64,000 nucleotides of DNA from Armatimonadota bacterium (lineage in GTDB: Bacteria; Armatimonadota; HRBIN16), in assembly GCA_963677485.1 (NCBI GenBank), contig OY781964.1, forward strand, positions 4,256,001 through 4,320,000, given 5' to 3'. Positions 19,758 through 30,495 of this stretch are shown piece after piece (within the stretch, counting starts at the first letter, position 1; each line of letters opens with the position of its first letter). Position numbers and translations under genes: made by a program. The notes under the pieces were generated by a model. That model had not been told where the DNA came from. It did not search any database and was given only the letters and a program-made list of their open reading frames with translations.

Positions 19758-20687
19758 CTAGGACTGTTCCATCAACCAGCGTTCAGCATCAATGGCTGCC
19801 ATACAACCAGAGCCGGCCGCGGTGATAGCTTGACGATAGACATGATCTTGAACATCGCCGGCTGCAAACACACCTGGTATGCTGGTATAACTGCTTCCTG
19901 GTCTGGTGACGATGTATCCCTCAGGATTCAATTCCAGTTGTCCCGCAATCACCTCGGTATTCGGTTTATGCCCGATGGCAAGGAAGACGCCGCCGATATC
20001 GCGCTGCCTGAGTTCTCCGGTGACCGTATTGCGTAGAGTGACACCAGTGACTTTCCCTGCTGTGACATCGTGTATTTCATCAATCACAGAGTTCCATTCA
20101 AATTCGATCTTTGGATTTTCCAAGGCGCGTTTCTGCATGATCTTACTGGCGCGTAGACTGTCACGACGGTGAACAACCACAACCTTAGTGGCAAATCGCG
20201 TCAGGAAGATGGCCTCTTCCATGGCTGTATCACCGCCACCGATCACCATGACCTCTTTACCGCGGAAGAAAAAGCCATCGCATGTGGCACAGGCGGAAAC
20301 GCCTCGTCCACGGAGGGCGGTCTCGCTTTCAATATCCATCCAACGAGCAGAGGCGCCACTAGCGATGATCACGCTTTCCGTTAAGTATTCTGTGCCCATA
20401 CTATCTGTCAAAGTGAATGGGCGCTTGCTAAGATCAGCTTTCACAATCGTGTCGCCGATCACCTCGGTACCAAAACGTTCTGACTGCTGCTTGAAATAGC
20501 CCATCATCTCCGACCCAGACAAAGGTTCGGGATACCCTGGGTAGTTCTCAATATCGGTGGTGATGGTAAGCTGCCCACCTGGTTGTGTGCCTTCAAAAAG
20601 TATTGGACTCAGGGTCGCACGAGCGGTGTAGATGGCGGCTGTGTATCCTGCAGGACCAGCGCCAATGATGGCCACTTTGTGAATCAT
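19758..20687 (-). CDS. trxB: Thioredoxin reductase
   Basis: [32 protein letters not shown]. Confidence 0.97.
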   Translation of the reverse strand: MIHKVAIIGAGPAGYTAAIYTARATLSPILFEGTQPGGQLTITTDIENYPGYPEPLSGSEMMGYFKQQSERFGTEVIGDTIVKADLSKRPFTLTDSMGTEYLTESVIIASGASARWMDIESETALRGRGVSACATCDGFFFRGKEVMVIGGGDTAMEEAIFLTRFATKVVVVHRRDSLRASKIMQKRALENPKIEFEWNSVIDEIHDVTAGKVTGVTLRNTVTGELRQRDIGGVFLAIGHKPNTEVIAGQLELNPEGYIVTRPGSSYTSIPGVFAAGDVQDHVYRQAITAAGSGCMAAIDAERWLMEQS

Positions 20688-20744
20688 TCTAAATGTTCCT
20701 CCGGAACTCGATTAATGTTGTTTTGATCCTGGTCGTTTGGGTAT

Positions 20745-21173
20745 CTAGGTTTCCTTCAGGTGACAATTCATATTGGGGCACTTGCGCACTCTGCGTGTAA
20801 AGTCGATCAGCCGTTCTATGATGTCGGTTGGCACGGCATGCTCCATTTTGCACGCCGCTGGCTCCGCTTGATCTGGAGCGACATCAAGTACATTCATTAG
20901 GAAGTCACGCAATGCTTCGTGCCTGTGGATAACATCTGAAACCACACGGTGACCCTGCGCAGTGAGTGTGATCACATCATATGGTACATAGTTAATCAAT
21001 TCTTTTTCGGCCAGGAGCTTCAAGGCTGCCGTCACCGATGGTGGGGCAACACTCAACCTCGCACCAATATCTCGCGCGCGGGCAGCTCCCTTTTCCTTAG
21101 CCACATGGTAGATAACCTCCAGGTAGTCTTCCAGACTGGCCGAAAGCTTGGCAGATTTTAACGCCATAGTCAT
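20745..21173 (-). CDS. DtxR/MntR-family metal-dependent regulator
   Basis: SLEDYLE, HTH with PSVT, RHEAL, ACKMEH. ATG at 21173 has a GGGAG RBS. Confidence 0.9.
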   Translation of the reverse strand: MTMALKSAKLSASLEDYLEVIYHVAKEKGAARARDIGARLSVAPPSVTAALKLLAEKELINYVPYDVITLTAQGHRVVSDVIHRHEALRDFLMNVLDVAPDQAEPAACKMEHAVPTDIIERLIDFTRRVRKCPNMNCHLKET

Positions 21174-21417
21174 CTCCCTAATATATTTCGTCAACACTAA
21201 TATCTTTCGCCTCTTTTCCCGATTTGTCAACAAATACGGAATGGCCAATTCCTATGTCGTGTTAAATAGGAAGAAGAGCAATACAATTGTGAGGTTTGCT
21301 TGAATAGAGTGTGGAAGCTCTGTAAAATGTCGAAGGTGCGTAGTGCTTATCACCCTTGAGCGCACTTGACTATGTAAACCATAAGGAGAATTACACCGCA
21401 TTTACGGTGTTGTATAA

Positions 21418-22347
21418 ATGAAACACGTCATTGCGATTCTGAGCGTACTAATGGTAGTGGTGAGCAGCCTGATGGCAGCACCGGTACCCACCAAACTGAC
21501 CGGGCAACTCAACATGTCTGGAGCCTGGGCGATCTATCCGCTTGCTCAAAAATGGGGAGAGACGTTCCAGAAGCTCCACCCAGATGTGAAGCTGAATATC
21601 TCTGCAGGGGGAGCCGGCAAGGGGATGGCTGATGTGCTGTCTGGTGCCGTTGATATCGGCATGGTATCGCGCGAGATCGACCCCAGCGAGCGAGCACGGG
21701 GAGCCAAACCAATTATGGTTGCGAAAGACGGCGTGTTTGCCATCATCAGTTCGAAAAATCCAGTGCGTGCGAAAATACTTCGCGCTGGTATCAGCCGTCA
21801 GAAGCTCGCCGAGATGTTCATCTCTCAGAAGGTGAACAACTGGAAGCAACTTGGCGGGCCTGATGTGCCGGTTCATGTCTACACACGATCGGATGCCTGC
21901 GGAGCCGGCTCAGCATGGGCCGCGACCCTTGGTAAATACAAGCAAGATCAGATCAAAGGCATAGGTATATACAGCGATCCCAGTGTGATTGACGCCGTGA
22001 AGAAGGATGTTCTGGGTATCGGATATTGCAACCTGGGATTCGTGTTCACTAAAAAGGGCATTGAGAAGGGGATCTACCTGGTGCCAATTGATGCTAATGG
22101 GAACGGTAAAGCTGATCCCGCTGAGTTCATCGATACCCGTGAGCGTGCATATCATGGTGTGGCCACAGGCAAATACCCCGGTGCCAGGCGTGAGTTTTTG
22201 GTCACCAAAGGTAAGCCAAATGCGATCGCCGCAGCTTTCATCAGCTTCGCCCTGAGCGAACAGGGAACGAAAATAATGAAAGAAATCGGTGGATTTGTGC
22301 CTGTGACACCAATCGAGCGAACTGCTCAGTTGAAGGGCATGAAATAG
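21418..22347 (+). CDS. pstS: Phosphate ABC transporter substrate-binding protein
   Basis: Signal peptide, AGGAGKG, DIGMVSR. First gene of pstSCAB. Confidence 0.9.
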   Translation: MKHVIAILSVLMVVVSSLMAAPVPTKLTGQLNMSGAWAIYPLAQKWGETFQKLHPDVKLNISAGGAGKGMADVLSGAVDIGMVSREIDPSERARGAKPIMVAKDGVFAIISSKNPVRAKILRAGISRQKLAEMFISQKVNNWKQLGGPDVPVHVYTRSDACGAGSAWAATLGKYKQDQIKGIGIYSDPSVIDAVKKDVLGIGYCNLGFVFTKKGIEKGIYLVPIDANGNGKADPAEFIDTRERAYHGVATGKYPGARREFLVTKGKPNAIAAAFISFALSEQGTKIMKEIGGFVPVTPIERTAQLKGMK

Positions 22348-22384
22348 CCATCGTTGAGTTGATCGAGCTATCACGGACATTATA

Positions 22385-23323
22385 ATGTCACATATGAAAC
22401 TGCACCGCAAGCTGTATGAGTTCGTGGCTGGTAAGCTGATGTTGCTGACCAGCCTGTTCTCTGCATCGGTCGTCATATTGATCGGGGCTGCGCTCTACCT
22501 AAGGGCACGTCCGTTATTAGCGGTCAAGAGCTGGCAGCAGCTACTGCTAAGCCGTGAATGGCAACCTTCCGCTGGATTGTTTGGCTTCCGTCCGTTTATC
22601 GAAGGCACCTTCTGGGTGACCGGGCTGGCGGTCATCATCGCAGTGCCTGTTTGCCTCATGGCCGCTGTTTACCTCTCTGAATATGCGTCGCCCCGTATCA
22701 GGGTGATTGTGAAGCCGATGATAGACATACTGGCGGGGATACCGTCGGTGGTTTATGGCGTGTGGGGTGTGTTGGTGGTGGTCCCATTCGTTGCGAATGT
22801 GCTGGCCCCTTATGCTTCACGACATTGGCACGCTATCTCATTTCTGTCCGCGGAATATAGCACAGGCTTTAGCATCTTCTCCGGCGGTGTGGTTCTAGCG
22901 GTGATGATAAGCCCGGTGATCGTATCGGTGGCCGCGGAGGTGCTTCATGCGGTACCGATGGCATATCGGGCCGCTTCGTATGCTGTGGGGGCCACCAGGT
23001 ATGAGACGATCACCCGAGTGGTGATGCGTAAAGCGCTGCCCGGTTTGGTGGCCGCGGTGGTTCTGGGCACATCGCGTGCACTCGGCGAAACGATGGCGGT
23101 GCTGATGGTGGTGGGGAACGTACCTCAGATCGCCAAGTCGATATTCGATCCCGCCTATCCGCTCCCCGCTTTGATAGCGAATAACTATGGCGAGATGATG
23201 TCTATCCCGCTGTATGATTCGGCTTTGCTGGCGGCAGCTTTGCTCCTATTCGGCATCATCTTGATTTTCAATATCCTGGCCCAACTGGCGTTAATGCAAG
23301 CGGTGAGGAGGTCCACACGGTGA
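22385..23323 (+). CDS. pstC: Phosphate ABC transporter permease
   Basis: LAGIPSVVYG, RALGETMAVLMVVGN. Confidence 0.93.
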   Translation: MSHMKLHRKLYEFVAGKLMLLTSLFSASVVILIGAALYLRARPLLAVKSWQQLLLSREWQPSAGLFGFRPFIEGTFWVTGLAVIIAVPVCLMAAVYLSEYASPRIRVIVKPMIDILAGIPSVVYGVWGVLVVVPFVANVLAPYASRHWHAISFLSAEYSTGFSIFSGGVVLAVMISPVIVSVAAEVLHAVPMAYRAASYAVGATRYETITRVVMRKALPGLVAAVVLGTSRALGETMAVLMVVGNVPQIAKSIFDPAYPLPALIANNYGEMMSIPLYDSALLAAALLLFGIILIFNILAQLALMQAVRRSTR

Positions 23324-24168
23324 AGATGCGGAAACTGCGTGACAGTCTATTTACCTTTGCCGCTGTATCAGCCGTTATTTTGATTTTGGCCTGTCTGACG
23401 ACCATACTTGGCACCATAATCAGCAAAGGTATCGGAGCGATCAACTGGCAGATACTCACGCAGGAGCCTAAGGGCAGCTTCTATACGGGTGGTGCAGGCG
23501 GGATCGCCAATGCGATCGTCGGCTCGTTGTATATCGGCTTTGGAGCCACCACACTGGCCTTGCTTGCAGGTTTGCCATGCGTTCTGTATCTGCGTTGCTG
23601 GGCACATGGCACCCGGCTGGCGGCTGTGATACGTGGTCTGATGGACGTGTTGTGGGGCATCCCATCGATCGTATTTGGTGCTTTCGGCTTCACCATCATG
23701 ATATGGCTGGGGATACGGGCATCCCTGCTGGCGGGTATCATCACCGTGGCCTTGTTTGAGCTGCCCATCATCATACGGTCAATAGATGAAGTGGTGCGCA
23801 TGATCCCCCGCGAGCTTGACGAAACAGCGTATGCGCTGGGATCGACACGCTTTGAAACTGCCCGTAAGGTGATCATGAAGCAGGCCCTTCCGGGCATCGT
23901 GCTGGGCACGCTGCTGGCCTTTGGACGGGGGATTGGCGATGCCGCCTCTGTCTTGTTTACGGCGGGATATACCGACCACATCCCAAGCTCAATCATGGAT
24001 CCCACAGCGACGCTGCCTCTGGCCATCTTCTTTCAGTTGGGCACTCCGTTTGAAGAGGTGCACCAACGGGCCTACGCTGCTGCGTTGATACTGGTCGTGA
24101 TGGTACTGACGGTGAGTGTGGTATCGCGGCTAATCAGTGCCCGATTGAATAGATACTCAGTGAAGTAG
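23320..24168 (+). CDS. pstA: Phosphate ABC transporter permease
   Basis: GGIANAIVGS, GIPSIVFG, GRGIGDAA. Confidence 0.92.
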   Translation: MKMRKLRDSLFTFAAVSAVILILACLTTILGTIISKGIGAINWQILTQEPKGSFYTGGAGGIANAIVGSLYIGFGATTLALLAGLPCVLYLRCWAHGTRLAAVIRGLMDVLWGIPSIVFGAFGFTIMIWLGIRASLLAGIITVALFELPIIIRSIDEVVRMIPRELDETAYALGSTRFETARKVIMKQALPGIVLGTLLAFGRGIGDAASVLFTAGYTDHIPSSIMDPTATLPLAIFFQLGTPFEEVHQRAYAAALILVVMVLTVSVVSRLISARLNRYSVK

Positions 24169-24176
24169 GGATTAAT

Positions 24177-24935
24177 ATGACCACGGCACACATACAAGTT
24201 GAACATCTGAACCTGACATACCAGGAACACCCTGGGCTAAAGGATATCATTGTCGCCTTTCCGCGTAACGAGGTCACTGCGATCATTGGCCCCTCGGGAT
24301 GCGGTAAGACCAGCCTGCTGCGCTGCCTCAACCGGATGATCGATCTGGTGCCAGGTGCGGTGGTCACCGGTAAAGTGCTGGTGGGTGATATGGACATCTA
24401 CGCCAAAGGGGTGGACGTCACTGCGGTGCGCAAGAGGGTAGGGCTCATCGCCCAGAAGCCCACGGTATTGCCGATGTCTATCTTTGAGAACGTGGCCTAC
24501 GGACCGCGAATCTACGGTTATGAGAGCCGGAAGAAGCTGCATGATACGGTTGAGCGGTGTCTGGTTATGACCGGGCTTTGGGATGAAGTGAAGCATCGGT
24601 TGAAGGATCCGGCCGGTCGGTTGTCTATTGGTCAGCAGCAGCGCTTATGCCTGGCTCGCGGGCTGGCTGTGGAGCCGGAAGTGCTCTGCTTTGATGAACC
24701 CACCTCGGCACTAGACCCGCTGTCCGCACAATGGATCGAACGCGAGATACTCAGCCTGAAGCAAGGGTATACCGTCGTGGTCGTGACGCATAACCTTCAA
24801 CAGGCGATGCGTATTGCCGACAACGTGATATTTATGCGGTTGGGTGAGGTCGTGGAGGCCGGCAGCGCTGATGAGGTGTTAGGTTCACCAAAGCATGAGT
24901 TCACCAAAGCCTACATCAACGGGATCGAAGAGTAG
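24177..24935 (+). CDS. pstB: Phosphate ABC transporter ATPase
   Basis: GPSGCGKT, LNRMID, LSIGQQQRLC, DEPTSALDP. Confidence 0.93.
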   Translation: MTTAHIQVEHLNLTYQEHPGLKDIIVAFPRNEVTAIIGPSGCGKTSLLRCLNRMIDLVPGAVVTGKVLVGDMDIYAKGVDVTAVRKRVGLIAQKPTVLPMSIFENVAYGPRIYGYESRKKLHDTVERCLVMTGLWDEVKHRLKDPAGRLSIGQQQRLCLARGLAVEPEVLCFDEPTSALDPLSAQWIEREILSLKQGYTVVVVTHNLQQAMRIADNVIFMRLGEVVEAGSADEVLGSPKHEFTKAYINGIEE

Positions 24936-25201
24936 GGGCCGTTAACATATACTGGTCTATTCGGATAGTGGGTACATATTGCATATGATACATGACGGCT
25001 ACATTGCTCATCCGCTTTTACGGTAATATCAAATCGACACCTCCATAACATCTCACTTCCAATTCCCTGTAAAGCCGCTTCTGATCAATGTCCAGAAATA
25101 CGTTGCATGTTTTATGCTACAATAAGTTCACTATGTAAATACGGCGATTATCCAAAATCGGCTAATTGCTGCGTTTGTGAACCCATTGACCGGGAGGGTT
25201 T

Positions 25202-26143
25202 ATGATGATGAAACAAAACCGTCGAACTAAAATTCTGAAGGGTATCGGCATACTATTGGTGTTGCTTATACTCAATGGCTTTCGGCTGCACAGGATGCAG
25301 CAGTATCCGGTCATGTCGGTAAAAGATGTCTCATCGGAACTCACCGGAGACGCGTATTTCCATACATCCGATGGGCTTCTGAACTTCAAGACCGGTAAGA
25401 CATATTCAATGAACAAGTATGGCCCGATAGTGTGGGATGCCAGGCAAGAGCGTGTATTAGTCGGCGAAGACTGGATTGATGATAAATCTGGCAATAGTAG
25501 ACCGATGATTCGGCTGATGACTGGTGACCGTGATGACTGGCTCCTTGAATACCGCAAGTATGATTTCGCTTCGAGCCCGCGTAGGTGGAGTTGTGACACT
25601 ACAAAACGATATGTTATAGCGTCACCATATCTGCTAGATTTGAAGTCGCGACAGATTACTAGGCCGCTCATGCCAGGTACAAAGGCAGGTGCTTCCAGCA
25701 TCGGGGAGTGTTTTTGGTTCTGTAATGGCAAAGGACTGGCTCTGTGGAATGCCCGGACCAAACAGGTTCAAGATACCATCCCGATACCCAATCTGACCTC
25801 GCAGGTGCCTTGGAGAGTGGGCAGTTTCGCGGTGTCTCCATACGGAAAATATGCTGTGGTTCCTGTCAGCACTATCGACTTTCCATTTATAGAACCAATT
25901 GGGCTCGTTTTCGCGGTAGTCAACCTGCAAACTAAAAGTATAAGCACACGTAAACTCTACAACTTCTTTGTATGGGGTAATCCTGTCGGTACCTATTTTG
26001 CTGATGATGAGCATGTGATTTTGAACCCAGGCGGTTCGTATTTTCTTATGCGGGTGACAGATGGCAAGACCTGGGTTATCAAAAAAGCATTGAACCGGCT
26101 TCAATACCACATCAACACGGTTGGTAAGTCACCAGATCAGTAA
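25202..26143 (+). CDS. Hypothetical exported or membrane-anchored protein (beta-propeller-like)
   Basis: GGAGG RBS, N-terminal hydrophobic segment, WD-like elements (ALWNART, FAVSPYGKY). Confidence 0.6.
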   Translation: MMMKQNRRTKILKGIGILLVLLILNGFRLHRMQQYPVMSVKDVSSELTGDAYFHTSDGLLNFKTGKTYSMNKYGPIVWDARQERVLVGEDWIDDKSGNSRPMIRLMTGDRDDWLLEYRKYDFASSPRRWSCDTTKRYVIASPYLLDLKSRQITRPLMPGTKAGASSIGECFWFCNGKGLALWNARTKQVQDTIPIPNLTSQVPWRVGSFAVSPYGKYAVVPVSTIDFPFIEPIGLVFAVVNLQTKSISTRKLYNFFVWGNPVGTYFADDEHVILNPGGSYFLMRVTDGKTWVIKKALNRLQYHINTVGKSPDQ

Positions 26144-26168
26144 TATGCGACGATGGCCGGGTCTACTA

Positions 26169-27212
26169 TCACCGTATGAATATCTCCTCGTCAGAGAGCA
26201 ACGGCTGGGCCATGGCTGAAGGCTCAGCTTGATACCAGTAGGCTGTACTGGCAAAGTCATCACGTCGGGAGCGGTGCCCATGGGGTGTGAAGTGCATATT
26301 CTGCAGTGTCATGCGGAAATTCTTGTCGAAATGGATGGGGTCGGGTATGTGCCAGCGGTAGAGCATAAACCGCGGCTGATAGTTATACCGCACACCATCG
26401 CCGCCAATCACGGCATACATACCGGCGTATAACCCAGAATAGGGTTGGTATTTACCGAGCTCGCTGTCATACCCAAACGCGAAGGAACCGCAGAAGTAGT
26501 CTTCCGTGCCCGTATAGTTGACCGAAGGAAACTTATCATCGTCAATATACATCTTCGCTTCACCTTCTACCCAGCAGCCGTTATCACCGTTGGTGCCAGT
26601 AAACAGCGCAACGCCCGCAAAGTGGCCGTTCCCCCGAATACCATCCACGATGGTATAGGCTTGATTTTGGGCAACGGGGCGTTCCTGACGGTAGCAGGCG
26701 TGGAAATATCCGCTGTTGTCAGCCACTTCGCCTTTTTCAAGCGTGATGGTGTAGTAGGTGAACAGTGTATCCTTGGGCGAGCGGTTCTCGAGTGTGATCC
26801 GGCAGTGCTTGCGAAACGGCATGGGCCAGTAGCAATTCATGCCTCGACAGGGGGCGACCATCACCATGGCGGAATTCAGCGTAGGGAAGTTTCCCGATGT
26901 GTCTTTCACTGTGTCCGGGTAGCCATATCCGAAGAAGGCACCCAGGGGAACCTCCACGGAAGGCTGCTCCTGACCATCCCAGTAGATGCGGATGATGAAG
27001 CTCTGACTGATATGTCCGCCAATCCACATGCTGCGCACGCTGCCTGGGCCATCGGTATCAACCAGCACCAGCGTTTGACCAGCCTCAACTGCGATCGATG
27101 GATTCAACTTTTCACAGGGTTCGCCCTTTGACCCGCCTCCCCTGGAGCCGTTAGGGTTCTCAGGTGAGTAGGCATAACTCTTCACGTTACGGATTTGCGA
27201 AATGTCGGTCAT
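26169..27212 (-). CDS. DUF2961 / GH172-family glycoside hydrolase
   Basis: SPENPNG, IRIYWDGQEQPSVEVPLG, WVEGEAKMYIDD, TGTEDYF, YRWHIPDPIHF. Confidence 0.88.
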   Translation of the reverse strand: MTDISQIRNVKSYAYSPENPNGSRGGGSKGEPCEKLNPSIAVEAGQTLVLVDTDGPGSVRSMWIGGHISQSFIIRIYWDGQEQPSVEVPLGAFFGYGYPDTVKDTSGNFPTLNSAMVMVAPCRGMNCYWPMPFRKHCRITLENRSPKDTLFTYYTITLEKGEVADNSGYFHACYRQERPVAQNQAYTIVDGIRGNGHFAGVALFTGTNGDNGCWVEGEAKMYIDDDKFPSVNYTGTEDYFCGSFAFGYDSELGKYQPYSGLYAGMYAVIGGDGVRYNYQPRFMLYRWHIPDPIHFDKNFRMTLQNMHFTPHGHRSRRDDFASTAYWYQAEPSAMAQPLLSDEEIFIR

Positions 27213-27302
27213 CAGGGTGGGTTTCTCCTATATACTGGCGGCCAGGTTACTGGTGGTCGGGCCCCATGTCGACTTATGATAACAAACTACCAGAGCAATA
27301 AC

Positions 27303-27339
27303 AACCAAAACCCCCTCCAGACTGACGCCTGGAGGGGGT
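27303..27339 (-). terminator. Intrinsic terminator of argS
   Basis: ACCCCCTCCAG-N8-CTGGAGGGGGT followed by a T-tract on the minus strand. Confidence 0.75.
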
Positions 27340-27363
27340 AAGATCTGGATGCCGCGAGAGAGG

Positions 27364-29040
27364 CTACATGCTCTCCGGGGCGGAGACACCCAGAAGGTCA
27401 AGTGCGTTGTGCAGAGTGATCTGTGCAGCCTGAACCAGCGCCAGCCGGGCTTTAGAGAGTTCGAGCGGTGTATCGGGATGCACCACTTTACAGTTCTGGT
27501 AGAAGCGGTGGAAGGTGTCCGCCACTTCACGGCAATACTGCGTCATGCGGTGAGGTGCCCTCTGCGAAGCGGCGGTCAGAATCTCCTCTGGCAGTTCCGC
27601 GATCTTCTTGATCAAGTTGATCTCGTGCTCAGAGGTGAGTCCGCTCAGGTCCTGCGTGGCAACATCGGGAAGGGGGATACCCTCCTCAGCGGCTTTCCGC
27701 AGGATGCTGCAGATACGCGCATGGGCATATTGCACGTAGTAGACCGGGTTCTCGTTGCTCTTCTTGGTGGCCAGTTCGATGTCAAAATCCAGACCGGTGT
27801 CACTGCTGCGCATCAACAAGAAGAAGCGTGTGGCATCTCTGCCGGCCTCTTCCAGAACATCGCGAAGCGTCACCACGTTGCCTGCCCGTTTGCTCATGCG
27901 GACCATCTCGCCGCCCTTAAAGATGCGCACGATCTGGTGGATGAGAACTTCCAGCTTATCGCTGCCGTAACCCAGCATATCAACTGCTGCTTTGGTGCGG
28001 GCAACATAACCATGATGGTCAGGGCCCCAGATGTCGATCAGTGTGTCAAATCCGCGGTCTAGCTTGTTTTTGTGGTAGGCGGTGTCTGCAGCGATGTAGG
28101 TCGGCTGCCCATTCGCACGCACGATCACGCGGTCTTTGTCGTCACCATACTGGGTGGATCGCAGCCAGAGCGCGCCTTCGTTCTCGTAGACAAAGTTGGC
28201 GGCTTTGAGCTGTTCGATACAGCGCATCACTTCACCGCTGTCGTGAAGCTCCTTTTCGCTGAACCACACATCGAACTCGATACCAAAATCAGCCAGGTCC
28301 TGCTTCTGCTGGGCTTTCATCGCGGCCTCGGCGTAGGTGCGGAAGCGGGCACTCACCTCATCGGCTGCGCCGATGACATAGTCAGGCCCGAACTGCTGCA
28401 GCATCTCACGGGCGATGTCGATCACGTATTCGCCTTCGTAAGCATCGCTGGGCATGGCGATCTCTTGGCCGAGGAGCTGCTTATAACGGACCAGCAGCGA
28501 GTCGGCGAAGTTCTGCATCTGCAAGGAGTTCAGGGCATCGTTCACGTAAAACTCGCAGGTCACGTCGTAACCAGCGGCTTTCAACATACGCGCAAGGCTG
28601 TCGCCGATAGCACCACCACGGCCATGGGCCATGTGGATCGGGCCATTGGGATTGGCACTCACGAATTCGATGTTGATCTTGTGCCCGTTGCCAATCTGGC
28701 TATGGCCGTAACTGCATCCTGCAGCACAAATTTCGCGAACCAGTTCATGCAGCCAATCAGGCTTCAGTTTGAAATTGATGAAGCCACCGCCAGCCACAGA
28801 TACCTCAGTCACGAGGCGGTCCTCCGGCATGTGCTTGATGAGGATATTCGCAATTTCGAACGGCTTCTTACCGGCCTGCTTCGCTAATAACATCGCAATA
28901 TTCGCGCTGAAATCACCGAATGATGTGTTCTTCGGTGGATCGACGCTGAAGTCGGGCATCGTATCAAAAGAGAGAGCACCGCTCTCTCGAGCATTCAGTA
29001 GAGCTTTTTGAACGAGATGGGTCACACGCAGCTTCGCCAT
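27364..29040 (-). CDS. argS: Arginine--tRNA ligase
   Basis: FGDFSAN, EFVSANPNGPIHMAHGRG (HIGH region), MSKRAG, NPVYYVQYAHARICS, C-terminal APESM. Confidence 0.97.
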   Translation of the reverse strand: MAKLRVTHLVQKALLNARESGALSFDTMPDFSVDPPKNTSFGDFSANIAMLLAKQAGKKPFEIANILIKHMPEDRLVTEVSVAGGGFINFKLKPDWLHELVREICAAGCSYGHSQIGNGHKINIEFVSANPNGPIHMAHGRGGAIGDSLARMLKAAGYDVTCEFYVNDALNSLQMQNFADSLLVRYKQLLGQEIAMPSDAYEGEYVIDIAREMLQQFGPDYVIGAADEVSARFRTYAEAAMKAQQKQDLADFGIEFDVWFSEKELHDSGEVMRCIEQLKAANFVYENEGALWLRSTQYGDDKDRVIVRANGQPTYIAADTAYHKNKLDRGFDTLIDIWGPDHHGYVARTKAAVDMLGYGSDKLEVLIHQIVRIFKGGEMVRMSKRAGNVVTLRDVLEEAGRDATRFFLLMRSSDTGLDFDIELATKKSNENPVYYVQYAHARICSILRKAAEEGIPLPDVATQDLSGLTSEHEINLIKKIAELPEEILTAASQRAPHRMTQYCREVADTFHRFYQNCKVVHPDTPLELSKARLALVQAAQITLHNALDLLGVSAPESM

Positions 29041-29321
29041 TTGGGGGTTATCCTCCCTATGAAAACAGAACGATGAACGCTCACCTATGGCGCGTTCATC
29101 GACTTGAACAAGTACATATTATAACAGAATAATGACGGTAAATGGGTTACCAAACATGTCATTTTGTTGGGATATTCCGCCCAATTAGTGTGAAATCAGC
29201 ACAATATTACTATATAATAGCTGTTATTAATACTAGTCTTTATACTATCGGTATAAATTCATACACTTAATTCATCAGGCAGGGTAAACTTATGCCATCC
29301 TACACCAGAAAGGTGGATACT

Positions 29322-30455
29322 ATGAAGTTCTCTAACCTAGGCAAGCGTGTAATTCGAGTAGCAGCTTTCGCGCTACTGGCATTCGCTGTCAGCGGATGTG
29401 GAGGAAGCGGAAACGATGACAACCCATCAGGTGATACTACCTCAGGCACTGGCCTTTTCCCCAATAATGCAACTGCATTCAAAATGAGGGAAACAGTCGC
29501 CAGATCTGGCTCCGACGTGGTCGTGTGTTTGGGACAGCCAGTGGCCACACAGTTGGCGGGTGTCTCTGTAAGGCCTTTTGTCACGCCAACAAATACTGTC
29601 TATTTTCAGTATGTGAGCAGCAGCATTAAAATGTGGAATGGTGCAGAAATGGTGACTTTCCTGCCCAGCACTATTAAGGTTGGGGACACCTGGAGCTTCA
29701 TTAACAAGGGTGCGAACACCACTATGCTCGTTCTGCCAAGACAGACGATCACGGTGCCTGAAGGCACCTACCCTGACTGCTGGGGCTTCCAGATGACCTC
29801 GATAAGGTCATCGAAGACACAAATAACCACGCTGTGGTTCGCTGTCAACGTGGGTTTGATCAAGCAAACCGAGACGGTGGCCGGCACATTACAAAGCAGC
29901 TTGGAGCTTGTCTCTAGAAACTTGCCTGCATCGCAAGCGACAGGGGCTACCCTGTTACCTTTGGAATCAAAGACCTTGGTGATGGCCGCTACCATGAATG
30001 GTCAATCGTTAGCGGACGTTTTGATCACACTTGGGCGCCAAAATGCAGGAGTGACAACACTGACTACCCCCATTGGTCCGATGGATCTGTTCAATTCTGG
30101 TGACGCGTTGATGTTACGCATCGATGCATCTACTAGCTGGACCTTTATCCCAGCATCGGTTCAGGTCGGATCAACTTGGGCACCAGACGGTAGCCCCAAC
30201 ATGAGTGGCACTGTGACGAAAATAGAGACAGTGACAGTACCCGCAGGCAGCTTTAACTGCTTCGTGATCCAATTCCAAGGGATCAATGCTAACGGCAAGT
30301 GGTGGTGTGCACCCGGTGTGGGTGTCGTGAAATACGAGGCGACGCACCAGTATTGGGACCAGCCTACCGGAGTGTCTGTCGATCAACTCATCGACGAAAA
30401 CATGGTTCAGACAGGAACTCTAAAATACCTGAACATGACGGAAGTGGCTCCATAG
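29322..30455 (+). CDS. Lipoprotein with two tandem beta-rich repeat domains
   Basis: Lipobox VSG-C. Duplicated motif P..(I/V).VG.TW...T(I/V)TVP.G.(Y/F).C...W.A..VG.(I/V)K. Confidence 0.8.
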   Translation: MKFSNLGKRVIRVAAFALLAFAVSGCGGSGNDDNPSGDTTSGTGLFPNNATAFKMRETVARSGSDVVVCLGQPVATQLAGVSVRPFVTPTNTVYFQYVSSSIKMWNGAEMVTFLPSTIKVGDTWSFINKGANTTMLVLPRQTITVPEGTYPDCWGFQMTSIRSSKTQITTLWFAVNVGLIKQTETVAGTLQSSLELVSRNLPASQATGATLLPLESKTLVMAATMNGQSLADVLITLGRQNAGVTTLTTPIGPMDLFNSGDALMLRIDASTSWTFIPASVQVGSTWAPDGSPNMSGTVTKIETVTVPAGSFNCFVIQFQGINANGKWWCAPGVGVVKYEATHQYWDQPTGVSVDQLIDENMVQTGTLKYLNMTEVAP

Positions 30456-30467
30456 GCAAATATCAAA

Positions 30468-30495
30468 CTCTGCCACAGGTCAACCTGTGGCAGAG
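30468..30495. terminator. Hairpin after the lipoprotein gene
   Basis: CTCTGCCACAGGT-CA-ACCTGTGGCAGAG. Confidence 0.6.

Noticed and set aside
21390-21417. Pho-box-like TTACAC-N5-TTACGG upstream of pstS
   Set aside because: The match is degenerate and abuts the start codon, so it cannot be distinguished from chance.
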